Shown here: positions 45,249 to 56,356 of the stretch, one piece after another
Layout: each line of letters starts with the position of its first letter
Position numbering within the stretch: position 1 is the first letter of the stretch
NCBI GenBank assembly: GCA_025454755.1
Contig: JALONV010000003.1
Location: 3,158-67,157, forward strand
Source: Bacteroidales bacterium
GTDB lineage: Bacteria; Bacteroidota; Bacteroidia; Bacteroidales; VadinHA17
Direction of reading: 5' to 3'
DNA length: 64,000 bases
Translations under genes and position numbers: made by a program
Notes under the pieces: generated by a model
Told to the model about the DNA's origin: nothing
Databases searched by the model: none
Seen by the model: only the letters and a program-made list of their open reading frames with translations

Positions 45249-46124
45249 TCAGCTCCTGACCAACATATCAAGAATGACAAATATTGCAAAGATTATGCTG
45301 GCTATTCCATTCGTTGTTCCGAATGCAAGCGTTACGCGGCTCAGATCATCATGTTTCACAATAAAATGCTGATAAACAAGCAATAAGGAGAATACTGATG
45401 CTCCTGTCCAGAACCAGATGCCGCCTTTCCCGAGATATCCGGCCAGCAGAACCAGAATGAAGGTTATCGCATGCACGGCTATTGAAACCATAATTGCATT
45501 TTTTCTTCCTGAGAATGAAGGCATTGAGTGCAGTTCATTTGACCTGTCAAATTCATCATCCTGCAGGGCGTAGATAATGTCAAACCCGCTTACCCAGGTA
45601 AGAACTATCAATGAATAGATTATCGGCAATAGTGCAAAAGTGCCGGTTACAGAAATATATGCGCCAACAGGGGCAAGACTTAATCCGAGCCCAAGGATGA
45701 AATGGCACAGGGCTGTAAAACGTTTTGTGAGACTGTAGCCAAGTATTACCAGCAATGCAACCGGAGAAAGGAATAGTGTCAGCCTGTTGATGAAACCCGT
45801 GGTGACAATGAAGAATATCGCATTTACTATCACGAAAATTGTCGCTGACTTTTTGCTGATTATTCCTGAGGGCAATTCCCTGCTTTTTGTCCTGGGATTG
45901 AGGGCGTCGTAATCTTTATCAGCCACCCTGTTGAATCCCATAGCTGCATTGCGCGCCAGCACCATGCAAAGTATTATCAGAAGAAGGAGTCTGAGGCTGA
46001 AATCGTGTCCGTCGGAAAGAACGGCCAGTGAAAATCCTATGAGTGCGAAAGGCATGGCAAAGACAGTATGGCTGAACTTTACCAATAACAGGTAGTTCTT
46101 TACCGATCGGAAGAAAGATTTCAT
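45249..46124 (-). CDS. UbiA-family polyprenyltransferase (MqnP / 'ubiA_other' type)
   Basis: [26 protein letters not shown]...[27 protein letters not shown]. Confidence 0.85.
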   Translation of the reverse strand: MKSFFRSVKNYLLLVKFSHTVFAMPFALIGFSLAVLSDGHDFSLRLLLLIILCMVLARNAAMGFNRVADKDYDALNPRTKSRELPSGIISKKSATIFVIVNAIFFIVTTGFINRLTLFLSPVALLVILGYSLTKRFTALCHFILGLGLSLAPVGAYISVTGTFALLPIIYSLIVLTWVSGFDIIYALQDDEFDRSNELHSMPSFSGRKNAIMVSIAVHAITFILVLLAGYLGKGGIWFWTGASVFSLLLVYQHFIVKHDDLSRVTLAFGTTNGIASIIFAIFVILDMLVRS

Positions 46125-46633
46125 AGTTCGAGGATCTTTCGAAAAGCTTCGAAGCTTTCGTCATCAAAGGCAACGAATATTACCCTCTCAGGATAGGAAT
46201 TCTTTAAAAGGAACCTGCGTGTTTCATTAATCGCTATTACTGCCGCGAGATCTTTAGGAAATCCGTACACACCTGTTGAAATGCCTGGAAATGCAATAGT
46301 CCGGACTTTCTTGTCTTTTGCCAGCTTTAAGCTTGACTGGTAGCATGAGGCAAGCTGTTCAGGCTCATCGCGGTAACCTCCAAACCAGACAGGGCCTACA
46401 GTATGTATTATGTACTTTGCCTTCAGGTTATAGCCGCCTGTGATCTTTGCTTCGCCGGTGTCACAGCCATTGAGCTTTTCGCACTCGGAAAGCAGTTCAG
46501 GTCCGGCAGCTTTATGAATTGCTCCGTCAACACCACCGCCGCCACGAAGGGATGCGTTTGCCGCATTTACAATGGCATCAACATTTATATGGGTGATATC
46601 TCCCTTTATTATTTCCAGCCTGTTCTTCTTCAT
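46121..46633 (-). CDS. Macro-domain O-acetyl-ADP-ribose deacetylase (YmdB-like)
   Basis: [34 protein letters not shown]. Confidence 0.92.
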   Translation of the reverse strand: MKKNRLEIIKGDITHINVDAIVNAANASLRGGGGVDGAIHKAAGPELLSECEKLNGCDTGEAKITGGYNLKAKYIIHTVGPVWFGGYRDEPEQLASCYQSSLKLAKDKKVRTIAFPGISTGVYGFPKDLAAVIAINETRRFLLKNSYPERVIFVAFDDESFEAFRKILEL

Positions 46634-49086
46634 CACCTTATCCTGGCATTAAGTTCTTTTTCGAAAGCGCCGGCAAGGCTGTTCATTACTTTTTCTATAC
46701 TCTTATCTGTCAGCGTTTTAAGATCGTCCCTGAGAATAAAACATACAGCATACGACTTTTTATTATCTCCGAGTGAGTCGCTTTCATAAACATCAAAAAG
46801 GTCGACTGACTTAAGTAAATGCTTCTCTGTCTGGAATGCTATATCTCTTATCTGGACAAACCTGACGCTTCTGTCGATAAGTAGAGCAAGGTCTCTTCTT
46901 ACCCATGGATATTTAGGCAATTCGCTGTACGATAAGGTATGATCTTTAATGGCGGTAAGAACGGTATCCCATTCAAAATGCGCATAATAAACATCCTGTC
47001 CGATATCGAATTTAGCAAGATACTCTTTTGATATACGGCCTGACTCTGCCAAGTGTTTGTTCTTGAATGACCAGGTGACCGATTCGGCAAAGTATTTTCT
47101 GCTGCTTTCGCTTTTAGGCAGATCATCGGGATCAAGACCAAGGCGGGAAAGGATCATTTCGACCGTTGATTTAATGTGGAAGAAGGTTGTTTCTTCCGGC
47201 TTGCTGTTCCACCGCTTCAGCCCGGTATTCCCGGAAAGAAAAATGTCAAGTGACATTTTCTCGGTATAATCATTCACTGAGGGAACAGGCTTTCCATGGC
47301 TCAGGTTAAAATAACAATTGCCGAATTCATAAAGCCTCAGGTCAGGATTCTGCCTGTTGATGTTCCATGCCACCGAGCTGAGACCTCCGAACAGAAGCGA
47401 CTGCCTCATTGCATTGAGATCTGAACTGAGAGGATTGGCGAGCATCACAAGCTGGTCCCGGTTGAAGTCTCCATTCTCGTAAAATGCTGCAGGATTAAGC
47501 GAATTGCACATTATCTCGCAATATCCGTTGGCTGTAAGCATATCGGAAATAATGTTTATGATCTTTTCCTTATCCGGCTTCTCTGGTGAATAAAGAGTTG
47601 AATTTACATGATCATCGATCTCGATATTATTATACCCGTAAATCCTGAGTATCTCTTCAATCACGTCAGCTTCGCGCTGGACATCTACCCTGTATGCAGG
47701 GATCTCAAGAGTCAGATTGTCGCCATTCTCCCTGAGTATATTTATTTCAAGCAAACCGAGTATCTTCTTAATTAACTGAGGATCAATTTGCTTGCCTATC
47801 AGTCTTGTGATAAAGCGATAGCTGACATCAATTTTCTTCCTCTCGATTTTTTCGGGATAGATATCAACAATGTCAGATGATATTTTTCCTCCTGCCAGTT
47901 CTTTGATAAGCATTATTGCCCGTTTCAGCGCCCAGACGGTGATCTCGGGATCTGCGCCTCTTTCAAACCTGAATGAAGCATCAGTATTCAGCCCGTGCCG
48001 TCTTGCAGTCTTCCTGATTGCAACTGGATTGAAATAGGCGCTTTCAAGGAAGATATTAATGGTCGACTCAGTAACTCCCGACTTAATGCCTCCGAAGACT
48101 CCGGCTATGCACATCCCTTCCTTCGTGTTGCATATCATGAGGTCTTTTGAAGAGAGGTTTCTTTCCGCTCCGTCGAGCGTGATGAACTTTGATTTGTCGG
48201 GAAGATTCCTGATTATGACCTTTTTTCCTTCAATTTTGTCTGCGTCGAATGCATGCAGGGGCTGGCCTATTTCGTGCTGAACAAAGTTCGTAATGTCGAC
48301 GACATTATTTATTGGATTGAGTCCTATTGCTTTCAGCTTATTCTTAAGCCATTCCGGCGATTCTCCGATTGTTACACCGCTGATGGTTATGCCTGTATAC
48401 CTTGGGCAATCAACTTTATTTTCAATTACGACATCATAATGATTGTCGTTATTGTCGGACTTGAAATCATCAACTGAAGGTTTTTCCGGTTTCTTTGTAA
48501 GACCTTCATTTATGCACAGATATGCAGCCAGATCCCTGGCAACTCCATAATGTGATCCGCTGTCGATTCTGTTGGGAGTAAGGCCTATCTGAAATATTGT
48601 GTCACTGGTTATACTGAAATAATCGGCAGCCGGTGTTCCGGGAACTGCATCTTTGTCTAGGACCAATATTCCCTCATGCATGGTGCCGAGTCCGAGTTCA
48701 TCTTCTGCACATATCATCCCTTCGGAAAGTTCTCCCCTGATCTTCGTCTTTTTTATTTCAAGGCTTTCGTCGCCCTTGTACAGCACTGTGCCAACGGTTG
48801 CGACGGGCACTTTCTGTCCTGCAGCCACATTTGGTGCTCCGCAGACGATATGCAAATGCTCGGAAGTACCGATATTTACAGTTGTAAGGGAAAGTTTGTC
48901 AGCTTCAGGATGTTTTTTGCAGGTAAGGACTTCACCAATGACAACACCTCTGAGTCCGCCCTTTACTGATTCCCACTCCTCCGTTGCTTCAACCTCGAGG
49001 CCTATGCCTGTGAGGATGACAGATAGTTTGCGGGGTTCAATATCGATGTCGAGGTAATCCTTAAGCCAGTTGTAAGAGATCTTCAT
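46633..49086 (-). CDS. pheT: Phenylalanine-tRNA ligase beta subunit
   Basis: [56 protein letters not shown]. Confidence 0.97.
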   Translation of the reverse strand: MKISYNWLKDYLDIDIEPRKLSVILTGIGLEVEATEEWESVKGGLRGVVIGEVLTCKKHPEADKLSLTTVNIGTSEHLHIVCGAPNVAAGQKVPVATVGTVLYKGDESLEIKKTKIRGELSEGMICAEDELGLGTMHEGILVLDKDAVPGTPAADYFSITSDTIFQIGLTPNRIDSGSHYGVARDLAAYLCINEGLTKKPEKPSVDDFKSDNNDNHYDVVIENKVDCPRYTGITISGVTIGESPEWLKNKLKAIGLNPINNVVDITNFVQHEIGQPLHAFDADKIEGKKVIIRNLPDKSKFITLDGAERNLSSKDLMICNTKEGMCIAGVFGGIKSGVTESTINIFLESAYFNPVAIRKTARRHGLNTDASFRFERGADPEITVWALKRAIMLIKELAGGKISSDIVDIYPEKIERKKIDVSYRFITRLIGKQIDPQLIKKILGLLEINILRENGDNLTLEIPAYRVDVQREADVIEEILRIYGYNNIEIDDHVNSTLYSPEKPDKEKIINIISDMLTANGYCEIMCNSLNPAAFYENGDFNRDQLVMLANPLSSDLNAMRQSLLFGGLSSVAWNINRQNPDLRLYEFGNCYFNLSHGKPVPSVNDYTEKMSLDIFLSGNTGLKRWNSKPEETTFFHIKSTVEMILSRLGLDPDDLPKSESSRKYFAESVTWSFKNKHLAESGRISKEYLAKFDIGQDVYYAHFEWDTVLTAIKDHTLSYSELPKYPWVRRDLALLIDRSVRFVQIRDIAFQTEKHLLKSVDLFDVYESDSLGDNKKSYAVCFILRDDLKTLTDKSIEKVMNSLAGAFEKELNARIR

Positions 49087-49111
49087 TTTTTAACAGTAAA
49101 TAGAGAAAGCA

Positions 49112-49119
49112 CAAATATA
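49112..49119 (-). promoter_or_regulatory. -7 promoter element (TATATTTG) for the pheT operon
   Basis: Exact TAnnTTTG about 26 nt upstream of the pheT start. Confidence 0.55.
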
Positions 49120-49133
49120 AAGTATTTTATTTA

Positions 49134-49202
49134 ACCACGGATTTCACGGAGCTCACGGAGAATGCACGGATTTGATCCGTGTAAATCCGTGTTTTCTGTG
49201 GT
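49134..49202. repeat. Palindromic CACGGA/TCCGTG repeat element
   Basis: Four CACGGA units facing three inverted units, between the divergent pheT and surE promoters. Confidence 0.85.
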
Positions 49203-49236
49203 GAAAAAAAGTTTATTTCCCTTACCCTTTATTAGC

Positions 49237-49244
49237 TATATTTG
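49237..49244 (+). promoter_or_regulatory. -7 promoter element (TATATTTG) for the surE operon
   Basis: Exact TAnnTTTG 17 nt upstream of the ATG. Confidence 0.55.
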
Positions 49245-49261
49245 CAAACAAACTACATTTT

Positions 49262-50044
49262 ATGGTTATTGAGAAAAACGACAAACTGATACTTCTTACA
49301 AATGACGATGGCTTGTATGCTGCCGGATTAAAGACGCTGCTTGAGGTTATGGAGGAATTCGGCAAGGTCATCCTTATATCAACGATGGAGAGCCAGTCAG
49401 GGATGTCGCAGGCGCTTACGGTTAAGACACCTCTGCGGGTCAAGCTTCTTGAGGAAAGTGATAAACATAAGATATATGCATGTAACGGCACACCGACCGA
49501 CAGCGTAAAACTGGCTGTCAATCAGTTACTTGAAAGGGTCCCTGATTATGTTGTATCAGGTATAAATCATGGAGCCAACGCGTCAGTCAGCGTTCTCTAT
49601 TCAGGTACCATGGCTGCTGCGCTTGAAGGATGCCTTTACGGAATAACCTCGGTAGGTTTTTCACTAAACAGCTTTTCACCTGCTGCCGATTTTTCGGTGT
49701 GCAAGGATTATATAAGGATCGTGATGAAAAAGCTTGAGTCTGAGCCTTTGCCTCCGGGGATATGTCTGAATGTCAATATTCCCGCAGTGGAGGCAGAAAA
49801 GATCAGAGGCATAAAGATTTGCAGACAATCGAAGGGCAACTGGAAGGAAGAGTTTGAAAAGAGAAAAGATCCGATGGGGAAAACATACTACTGGCTGACA
49901 GGTTTTTTCAATAACCACGAGCCTGAAGCTCAGGATACAGATGAGGCGGCACTGGCAAACAATTATGTTTCAGTAGTTCCGGTATCTGTGGATATGACCG
50001 CCCACTGGTATTTAGATAAACTCAGAGAGAGATTCGGTAAATGA
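49262..50044 (+). CDS. surE: 5'/3'-nucleotidase SurE
   Basis: LLTNDDG, QSG, GTPTDSV, VSGINHGAN, YSGT, LNVNIP. Confidence 0.95.
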   Translation: MVIEKNDKLILLTNDDGLYAAGLKTLLEVMEEFGKVILISTMESQSGMSQALTVKTPLRVKLLEESDKHKIYACNGTPTDSVKLAVNQLLERVPDYVVSGINHGANASVSVLYSGTMAAALEGCLYGITSVGFSLNSFSPAADFSVCKDYIRIVMKKLESEPLPPGICLNVNIPAVEAEKIRGIKICRQSKGNWKEEFEKRKDPMGKTYYWLTGFFNNHEPEAQDTDEAALANNYVSVVPVSVDMTAHWYLDKLRERFGK

Positions 50045-50337
50045 AGATAACCGAAAAATATGATAAAATTCTTACAGGAGTGATTTCAGGCCTTCTGCTG
50101 CCGGTAATTATAGCATTCTTCATTTTTATTTTCGCCAAAGGTGATCCCGGTCTTCATGAATGGTTCAGGAGGATTGAGATGGCAGGAATAGAGACGCATA
50201 TTATTTATCTCTCTGTCTTTCCGAATTTTCTCATTTTCCTTCTTTTCAACCATTTTGATATGCTGCGGGCACTTCGCGGAGTGCTTGGCATAACAATAGC
50301 CTGGGCTGTTGTTGTATTTCTGATCAAATTATTTTAA
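50041..50337 (+). CDS. Small hypothetical membrane protein
   Basis: Three hydrophobic segments; overlaps both surE and lpxB. Confidence 0.7.
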   Translation: MKITEKYDKILTGVISGLLLPVIIAFFIFIFAKGDPGLHEWFRRIEMAGIETHIIYLSVFPNFLIFLLFNHFDMLRALRGVLGITIAWAVVVFLIKLF

Positions 50338-51476
50338 TGAGATACTTTATTATAGCCGGAGAGCAATCGGGTGATCTTCACGGATCAAACCTGATCACGG
50401 AACTTCATGCTGCCGATAAGTCTGCAGAGGTGATCTGCTGGGGAGGCGACCTTATGGAATCTGCCGGCGCTGAACTTCTGATGCACTACCGGGAAACCGC
50501 ATTCATGGGATTTACCGTCATTCTGAAGAATCTTGGGACTATTTCACACAACCTTAATATATGTAAAAGGCAGATTACGGAATATAAACCTGATGTAATA
50601 ATCCTGATTGATTATCCGGGATTCAACCTGAGGATTGCGAAGTTCGCCAAAGAAGCCGGTTTCAGGGTATTCTATTATATATCTCCCAAATTCTGGGCAT
50701 GGAATGAGAGAAGAGTGAAGAATGTGAAGAAGTATGTAGACAGGATGTTCATCATTTTCCCCTTTGAGACGGAGTTTTACAGGAAATATGACATACTGGT
50801 AAAGTACCACGGCAATCCCCTGGTTGATGAGATTGAAAATAAAAAAGCCACAATGCCCTCAAGGGAAGAAATAATCAGCTCATTACAGCTTGGTAAAAAG
50901 CCTGTAGTGGCCATGCTTGCCGGCAGCAGGAAGCATGAGGTTAAGTTTATCCTGCCTCAGATGATCAGGATTGTAAAGCATTTTCCTGAATATCAGTTTG
51001 TTCTGGCCGGCGTTAAAAACATGCCGGATGAAATCTATCAGAAAATCATTGGTGACCAGCCAGTCAGGCTCATTAAGGAAAAAACATACGAAATTCTGAG
51101 CGTCGCTGAGGCAGCTCTGGTAAAGTCGGGCACCGCAACTCTTGAAGCAGCGCTTTTCGGAGTTCCTGAGGTTGTATGTTACAAGGGTGATTTCTTCTCA
51201 ATGCTGATAGCCCTGATAATGATGAAAGTCAAATACATCTCACTTGTTAACCTGATAATGAATAAGGAAGTAGTAAAAGAAATCCTGGGATACGACGTTA
51301 ATGAAAAGAATATACTCAGAGAACTAAGATCAATTTTGCCGGGAGGTGATAAAAGAGAAAGGATGATTGAAGATTATAAGGTATTGACTGCAAGGCTTGG
51401 TCCGGCCGGAGCATCTGCCAGGATTGCCAGAGAAATGTTTTATGAACTGAAATCAAAAGTTACAGGTATTAATTAA
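50337..51476 (+). CDS. lpxB: Lipid-A-disaccharide synthase
   Basis: AGEQSGDLHG, IDYPGFN, YYISPKFWAW, FPFE, GSR..E, SGTATLE. Confidence 0.95.
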   Translation: MRYFIIAGEQSGDLHGSNLITELHAADKSAEVICWGGDLMESAGAELLMHYRETAFMGFTVILKNLGTISHNLNICKRQITEYKPDVIILIDYPGFNLRIAKFAKEAGFRVFYYISPKFWAWNERRVKNVKKYVDRMFIIFPFETEFYRKYDILVKYHGNPLVDEIENKKATMPSREEIISSLQLGKKPVVAMLAGSRKHEVKFILPQMIRIVKHFPEYQFVLAGVKNMPDEIYQKIIGDQPVRLIKEKTYEILSVAEAALVKSGTATLEAALFGVPEVVCYKGDFFSMLIALIMMKVKYISLVNLIMNKEVVKEILGYDVNEKNILRELRSILPGGDKRERMIEDYKVLTARLGPAGASARIAREMFYELKSKVTGIN

Positions 51477-51478
51477 AA

Positions 51479-51543
51479 ATCTGTGAAGATCAGCGTGATC
51501 TGCGGGAAAAGTTCTCCCGCAGATTTCGCAGATTATCGCTGAT
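51479..51543. repeat. Palindromic ATCTGCG/CGCAGAT repeat element, copy 2
   Basis: Same architecture and 23-bp identical core as 31907-31978. Confidence 0.88.
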
Positions 51544-51557
51544 AAGAAATTCAGGCT

Positions 51558-52703
51558 ATGTATTTTAGAACTTTTCTCTGGATAACACTATTTTTTTTAA
51601 TTAAGGGCAACTCGCTTTCAGCCCAGGTGAGGATCCGGATCTTTGCAAACCAGTCTCCTGAATCAGCCATTTTCTCTGTTACAGCAGGTGAATATGAACT
51701 TATAACCTTTTCCGGGAATAACTGGATCGTTAAATCAGGCACCCTGGTAGCCATTTCGAAATTTAAAGAGAGGCTTGCTGTCAAGGTTATGAACGATAAT
51801 ACGGTCGTCTGCGATTCAGTTTTACTTGCGGGAAGAACCGGCAGGGATATCTTCTCTCTCAGGATATTTGGAAATACTCCGTTAAGGCAAACTTATTCGG
51901 GCGATCTTCAATGTCTTCCTGACCTTAATACCCTAATGTTTATTAACATCTGCGATATTGAATCATATATCGCAGGCGTGGTTAAATCCGAAGGAGGATC
52001 CGGTAAAAATCCTGAATACTTCAAGACACAGGCAGTTATTGCAAGAACATATATGTACAGGTATATGGAGAAGCATGCTGCCGACCATTTCAATCTTTGC
52101 GACAACACTCATTGTCAGGCATTCAATGGACTGACAGGTGATTCCATGATCATAAAAGCAGCTCTCGATACCAGGGGAGAGTTGATCCTCGGACCGGACA
52201 CCCTGCCTATAATTGCAGCATTCCACTCCAATTGCGGAGGCGAAACAGCGCCTTCGGAAGATGTATGGCTTACTCCTCAGCCTTATCTTAAGAAAGTTAC
52301 AGATCCGCATTGCCTGGCATCACGCAATGCAAAATGGAGTCTTACCAGGAACATTGACGAGTGGACGGAGTACCTTAAGAAATCGGGATTTACTGGAGAT
52401 GCTTCATTGTTAAATTTTTCACAGATCACAAGATCAACAGATTATAAGGCAGGAACCTTTTCACTGCCGCTCAGACAGATAAGGAACGACTTCAATCTGA
52501 GATCGACATTCTTTTCGGTCTCTGTTGCCGGAGATTCGGTGATCTTTAAGGGAAGAGGATATGGTCATGGTGTCGGTTTGTGTCAGGAGGGTGCTATGGA
52601 AATGGCAGCGAAAGGATTCAATTACAGGCAAATAATAGGGTTCTATTATACAAATGTAAGGATAATTACAATAAACCCCCTAATCCCCCTGAAGGGGGAC
52701 TAA
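51558..52703 (+). CDS. SpoIID/LytB domain protein
   Basis: ESYIAGVV..E, KTQAVIARTY, CQAF, FHSNCGG, LRST, GYGHGVGLCQ.GA. Confidence 0.9.
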   Translation: MYFRTFLWITLFFLIKGNSLSAQVRIRIFANQSPESAIFSVTAGEYELITFSGNNWIVKSGTLVAISKFKERLAVKVMNDNTVVCDSVLLAGRTGRDIFSLRIFGNTPLRQTYSGDLQCLPDLNTLMFINICDIESYIAGVVKSEGGSGKNPEYFKTQAVIARTYMYRYMEKHAADHFNLCDNTHCQAFNGLTGDSMIIKAALDTRGELILGPDTLPIIAAFHSNCGGETAPSEDVWLTPQPYLKKVTDPHCLASRNAKWSLTRNIDEWTEYLKKSGFTGDASLLNFSQITRSTDYKAGTFSLPLRQIRNDFNLRSTFFSVSVAGDSVIFKGRGYGHGVGLCQEGAMEMAAKGFNYRQIIGFYYTNVRIITINPLIPLKGD

Positions 52704-52746
52704 TGACTGTATGGATTTAGACCCCCTTTAGGGGGGCATGGGGGGC
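52675..52746. repeat. REP-like double hairpin (TCCCCCT..AGGGGGA family) overlapping the SpoIID stop
   Basis: TCCCCCTGAAGGGGGA and CCCCCTTTAGGGGG inside outer CCCCC...GGGGGG arms. Confidence 0.85.
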
Positions 52747-52784
52747 GATTAAAAAATGATTATTTTTGCCAATCATCTTTGTGT

Positions 52785-53528
52785 ATGCTTGCAATTTTCA
52801 GGAAAGAGATAAGAGGATTTTTCAGCAGCCTGACGGGTTATATTGTGATCATCGTCTTCCTTCTGGTAAACTCCCTGTTCATGTGGGTACTTCCCGGCGA
52901 GCTCAACATACTCGACAGCGGATATGCAGGACTGGATACACTCTTCTTCCTTTCGCCATGGGTTTTTCTTTTCCTCGTTCCTGCTGTAACCATGAGGATG
53001 ATCGCAGAAGAGAAACGTCTTGGGACAATCGAGCTGTTATATTCAAAACCTGTGACTGAAAGAGAAATTATCTGGGGAAAGTACCTTGCCTCAGTGGCAC
53101 TCGTACTCTTGTCTTTGCTGCCATGCCTTGTCTATTTTTTTTCGGTTTATGCTCTTGGAGAAACTCCGGGCAATCTCGATCAGGGTGGTACATGGGGAGC
53201 ATTTATCGGCCTCTTTTTCCTTGCGGCAATTTACGCTTCAGCCGGCATATTTGCTTCGTCGCTTACTGATAACCAGGTTATTGCATTTATTTTAGCACTA
53301 CTCATATGTTTCATTATGTTCATGGGATTTGACTCATTTGCCTATCTGCCCGGGCTAAAAAAGATAGATCAGTTTATAATAAGCTTCGGGATAAATGAAC
53401 ACTATAAATCGATGAGCAGAGGCGTCATCGACATAAGAGATATTGTATATTTTATTGCAGTCTCGGTCATTTTTAATGAAGCAACAAGGTTTGTGCTGAT
53501 CTCACGGAACTGGAGGAAAAAGAGTTGA
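52785..53528 (+). CDS. gldF: Gliding motility-associated ABC transporter permease GldF
   Basis: KEIRGFFSS..GY, LDSGYA.L, PAVTMR..AEEK..GTIELL, NQVIAF, SRGVID. Confidence 0.88.
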   Translation: MLAIFRKEIRGFFSSLTGYIVIIVFLLVNSLFMWVLPGELNILDSGYAGLDTLFFLSPWVFLFLVPAVTMRMIAEEKRLGTIELLYSKPVTEREIIWGKYLASVALVLLSLLPCLVYFFSVYALGETPGNLDQGGTWGAFIGLFFLAAIYASAGIFASSLTDNQVIAFILALLICFIMFMGFDSFAYLPGLKKIDQFIISFGINEHYKSMSRGVIDIRDIVYFIAVSVIFNEATRFVLISRNWRKKS

Positions 53529-53531
53529 GAC

Positions 53532-55247
53532 ATGGCTGAAAACAAGGTCATTGGGAATATGAAGATTAAGAGCTGGATCCTGTTCGTCCTGATCATTGGT
53601 GCTATTATACTTGTCTCTTCTGCCGCTGGATTAATTAGGCTCAGGCTCGATCTTACCGAAGATAAAAGATATACGCTTTCTGAACCTGCGCGTACAATAC
53701 TTGACGGACTTGAGAATGACGTCTATATCCAGGTTTACCTCGATGGTGAAATGCCGATTCCTCTTAAAAGGTTGAAGAAATCGATGCAGGAAATTCTTGA
53801 AGAATTCAGGATTGAATCAGGAAGGCATATCGACTATGAGTTCATAAATCCTGCCGATGCAGGCAATGCTCAGCAGAGACAGGCGAAGTATGAGGTACTT
53901 ATCAGCAAGGGCCTCAACCCGGTCAATATTATGGCAGGCGACGACGAGGGTGGCTCAAACCAGAAGATGATATTTCCAGGGATGATAATAAACTATAATG
54001 GCATTGAAATGCCACTCGATTTCCTGAAGAACAATCAATCAGCCTCTTCTGAACAGAATATCCTTCACTCAGTGGAAGGTCTTGAATATGAGATGATACA
54101 GACCATTGCCACCATCACTTCCGATACTATCTACCGGGTTGCATTCCTTGAAGGGCATGGGGAACTTCCGGAGCTTGAGGTCGCAGATATTACACGGAGC
54201 CTTGCAAAATATTTTACAATCGACAGGGGTTCCATTGGAGGCAGGCAGGGGATACTTGACCATTATGCTGCAATAATCATTGCAGGGCCGACGAAAGAAT
54301 TCAGTGAGGCTGATAAATTGGTCATAGATCAGTATATTATGAACGGTGGAAAAGTTTTATGGCTTTTTGAGGAGGTGGCAGTTATTACAGATTCTCTGAT
54401 CTATGGGGAGACAGTCGGTCTTTATTACCCTCTCAATATCGAGGATCAGCTTTTCATATATGGTGCCAGGGTTAATCCTGAAATTGTCCAGGATATTGAT
54501 TGTATGGTCATCCCGCTTACAGTTCTTACTGGACCGGAGAACAAGCAGATTGTACCTGCTCCCTGGATTTATTATCCGCGTCTTTTTCCGAAGACAAACC
54601 ATCCGATAACCAGGAACCTTAACAGGGTTACCGGAAAATTCGTCAATACTCTTGATACCGTAGGTCTTGATCCGGCAATTGTAAAAACCGTACTCTTAAC
54701 CACATCCGAATTTTCAAGGACAGTTTCGCCTCCATTAAGGATAAGCCTGAAAGAGGCAGAACTTACACCTGTTGAGACAGATTACAACAAGTCAAACATT
54801 CCGGTTGCATTACTGCTTGAGGGAGTATTTCCATCGGCTTTCAGGAACCGGATGACCGGGAATCTTGTTTCCGGTAACAATTTCACTCTTAAAACCCGGA
54901 GTGTCAGTACCAAAATGATCGTAATCGCCGACGGCGATATAATCAGAAATGATATCCAGAGATCGGGCACATCATCCGGATTTTTCCCGCTGAGCAAGGA
55001 CAGGTATACCGGTGAGGTATTAGGCAACAGGGATTTCCTTGTAAACTGTGTAAATTACCTTATCGATGATAACGGACTTATGGAGCTCAGATCGAGGGAG
55101 GTAAAACTAAGGCTTCTGGACAAACCAAAGGTAAAGGCCGGGAAAACGATGTGGCAACTGGTAAATGTCGCAGGTCCGGTACTGTTAGTAATACTGGCCG
55201 GAGTAATTTACAGCTTCTTCAGAAGAAAGAAATACACAAGATATTGA
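53532..55247 (+). CDS. gldG: Gliding motility-associated ABC transporter accessory protein GldG
   Basis: RLDLTEDKRYTLS, VYLDGE, LEYE, GHGEL, DQYIMNGGK, LLEG.F.SAF, N.DFLVN.VNYL, C-terminal TM. Confidence 0.9.
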   Translation: MAENKVIGNMKIKSWILFVLIIGAIILVSSAAGLIRLRLDLTEDKRYTLSEPARTILDGLENDVYIQVYLDGEMPIPLKRLKKSMQEILEEFRIESGRHIDYEFINPADAGNAQQRQAKYEVLISKGLNPVNIMAGDDEGGSNQKMIFPGMIINYNGIEMPLDFLKNNQSASSEQNILHSVEGLEYEMIQTIATITSDTIYRVAFLEGHGELPELEVADITRSLAKYFTIDRGSIGGRQGILDHYAAIIIAGPTKEFSEADKLVIDQYIMNGGKVLWLFEEVAVITDSLIYGETVGLYYPLNIEDQLFIYGARVNPEIVQDIDCMVIPLTVLTGPENKQIVPAPWIYYPRLFPKTNHPITRNLNRVTGKFVNTLDTVGLDPAIVKTVLLTTSEFSRTVSPPLRISLKEAELTPVETDYNKSNIPVALLLEGVFPSAFRNRMTGNLVSGNNFTLKTRSVSTKMIVIADGDIIRNDIQRSGTSSGFFPLSKDRYTGEVLGNRDFLVNCVNYLIDDNGLMELRSREVKLRLLDKPKVKAGKTMWQLVNVAGPVLLVILAGVIYSFFRRKKYTRY

Positions 55248-56221
55248 AATTGGATAAGTTAGTTTCAAGGAATATTTCACTTACAGTTCTGCTCGTATCT
55301 GTTCTTGTCATTGTTATTTTATTAAGAAGCAGGACTCCCTTCGGCAAGGACAATGCTTCTTTTATTTCAATGCCCAGGAAGGAGATAACCCGGATTGAAT
55401 TTACAGGAAAGGGAGAAAAGCTTGTGCTTGAAAGAAACGGAAATACCTGGATAGTAAACGGAAAGAGCGAAGCACGGAGAAGCGGGATGGCTTTCATTGA
55501 ACGGATCCTGACGGAAATAAAGATTAAGTCACCGGTATCGCCCGGTCTGTTCGAAGAGGAGATAATAAAGAAAAATATTGAGCCTGTGAGGGTCAGAGTA
55601 TTCGAGAAAAAAAGGCTGCTTAATTCTTTTCTTGTTTTCAAGACCGGTTCGAACCTTTATGGTAATATCATGAAGATCACGGATAAATCAAAACCTTTCA
55701 TTACATATGTTCCGGGATATGAAGGAGATATAGGCTCGGGATTTACCCTGAATGAATTGTTCTGGGTACCTTATACTGTTTTTAATCTTCTTCCTTCAGA
55801 GATATCTTCAGTGGAATTTGATAATATGGCCGATCCGTCTTCATCATTTACTATTACAGTCAAAAACAATGTGTATTCGCTGTCGGATGCAAACAATAAA
55901 GCAAACGGGGGGGATTCATCGCGTGTGCGGCGCTATATCTCATACTTCACGTTTGTGCCATTTGAAAGCTGGGCGCTCGGTTTATCTGCTGAGGAGAGCG
56001 CAAAGATCAGATCAGTAAACCCGATATTCAGGATAAGTGTCAGGAAATCAGACGGCACTGAAAAAGTACTGACATTGTGGGAAAAAACAAACAGCGAAAC
56101 CGGCGAAAAAGATAGTGACAGGCTCTGGGGAAAGACCGGAGACAGGGAGGATCTCTTCATCCTGAGGTATTTTGATGTTGACCCTCTGCTAAAGAAGAGA
56201 AGCTATTTCATTACAGAATAA
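55244..56221 (+). CDS. DUF4340-like membrane-anchored protein
   Basis: N-terminal TM and typical position after gldG. Start chosen at the TTG overlapping the gldG stop (uncertain). Confidence 0.65.
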   Translation: MKLDKLVSRNISLTVLLVSVLVIVILLRSRTPFGKDNASFISMPRKEITRIEFTGKGEKLVLERNGNTWIVNGKSEARRSGMAFIERILTEIKIKSPVSPGLFEEEIIKKNIEPVRVRVFEKKRLLNSFLVFKTGSNLYGNIMKITDKSKPFITYVPGYEGDIGSGFTLNELFWVPYTVFNLLPSEISSVEFDNMADPSSSFTITVKNNVYSLSDANNKANGGDSSRVRRYISYFTFVPFESWALGLSAEESAKIRSVNPIFRISVRKSDGTEKVLTLWEKTNSETGEKDSDRLWGKTGDREDLFILRYFDVDPLLKKRSYFITE

Positions 56222-56356
56222 TTTTTGTTTGAAGGAATATATTTTTTTTGTAATATTGATAATTGGGAATTGGGCGGATGTATCTGCTCAATTTGTTCAT
56301 AATGAAATAGATAGATAAAACAATTAACTTAGAACTCAACTTAAACCGAAAACAAT

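Noticed and set aside
55151-55243. Longer N-terminus of the DUF4340-like ORF
   Set aside because: It overlaps about 95 nt of the gldG C-terminal TM region, so a start near the gldG stop is more plausible.
56221-56356. Replication origin or DnaA boxes upstream of dnaN
   Set aside because: No TTATCCACA-like boxes and no dnaA. Only a small imperfect hairpin near 56268-56293 of unknown meaning.
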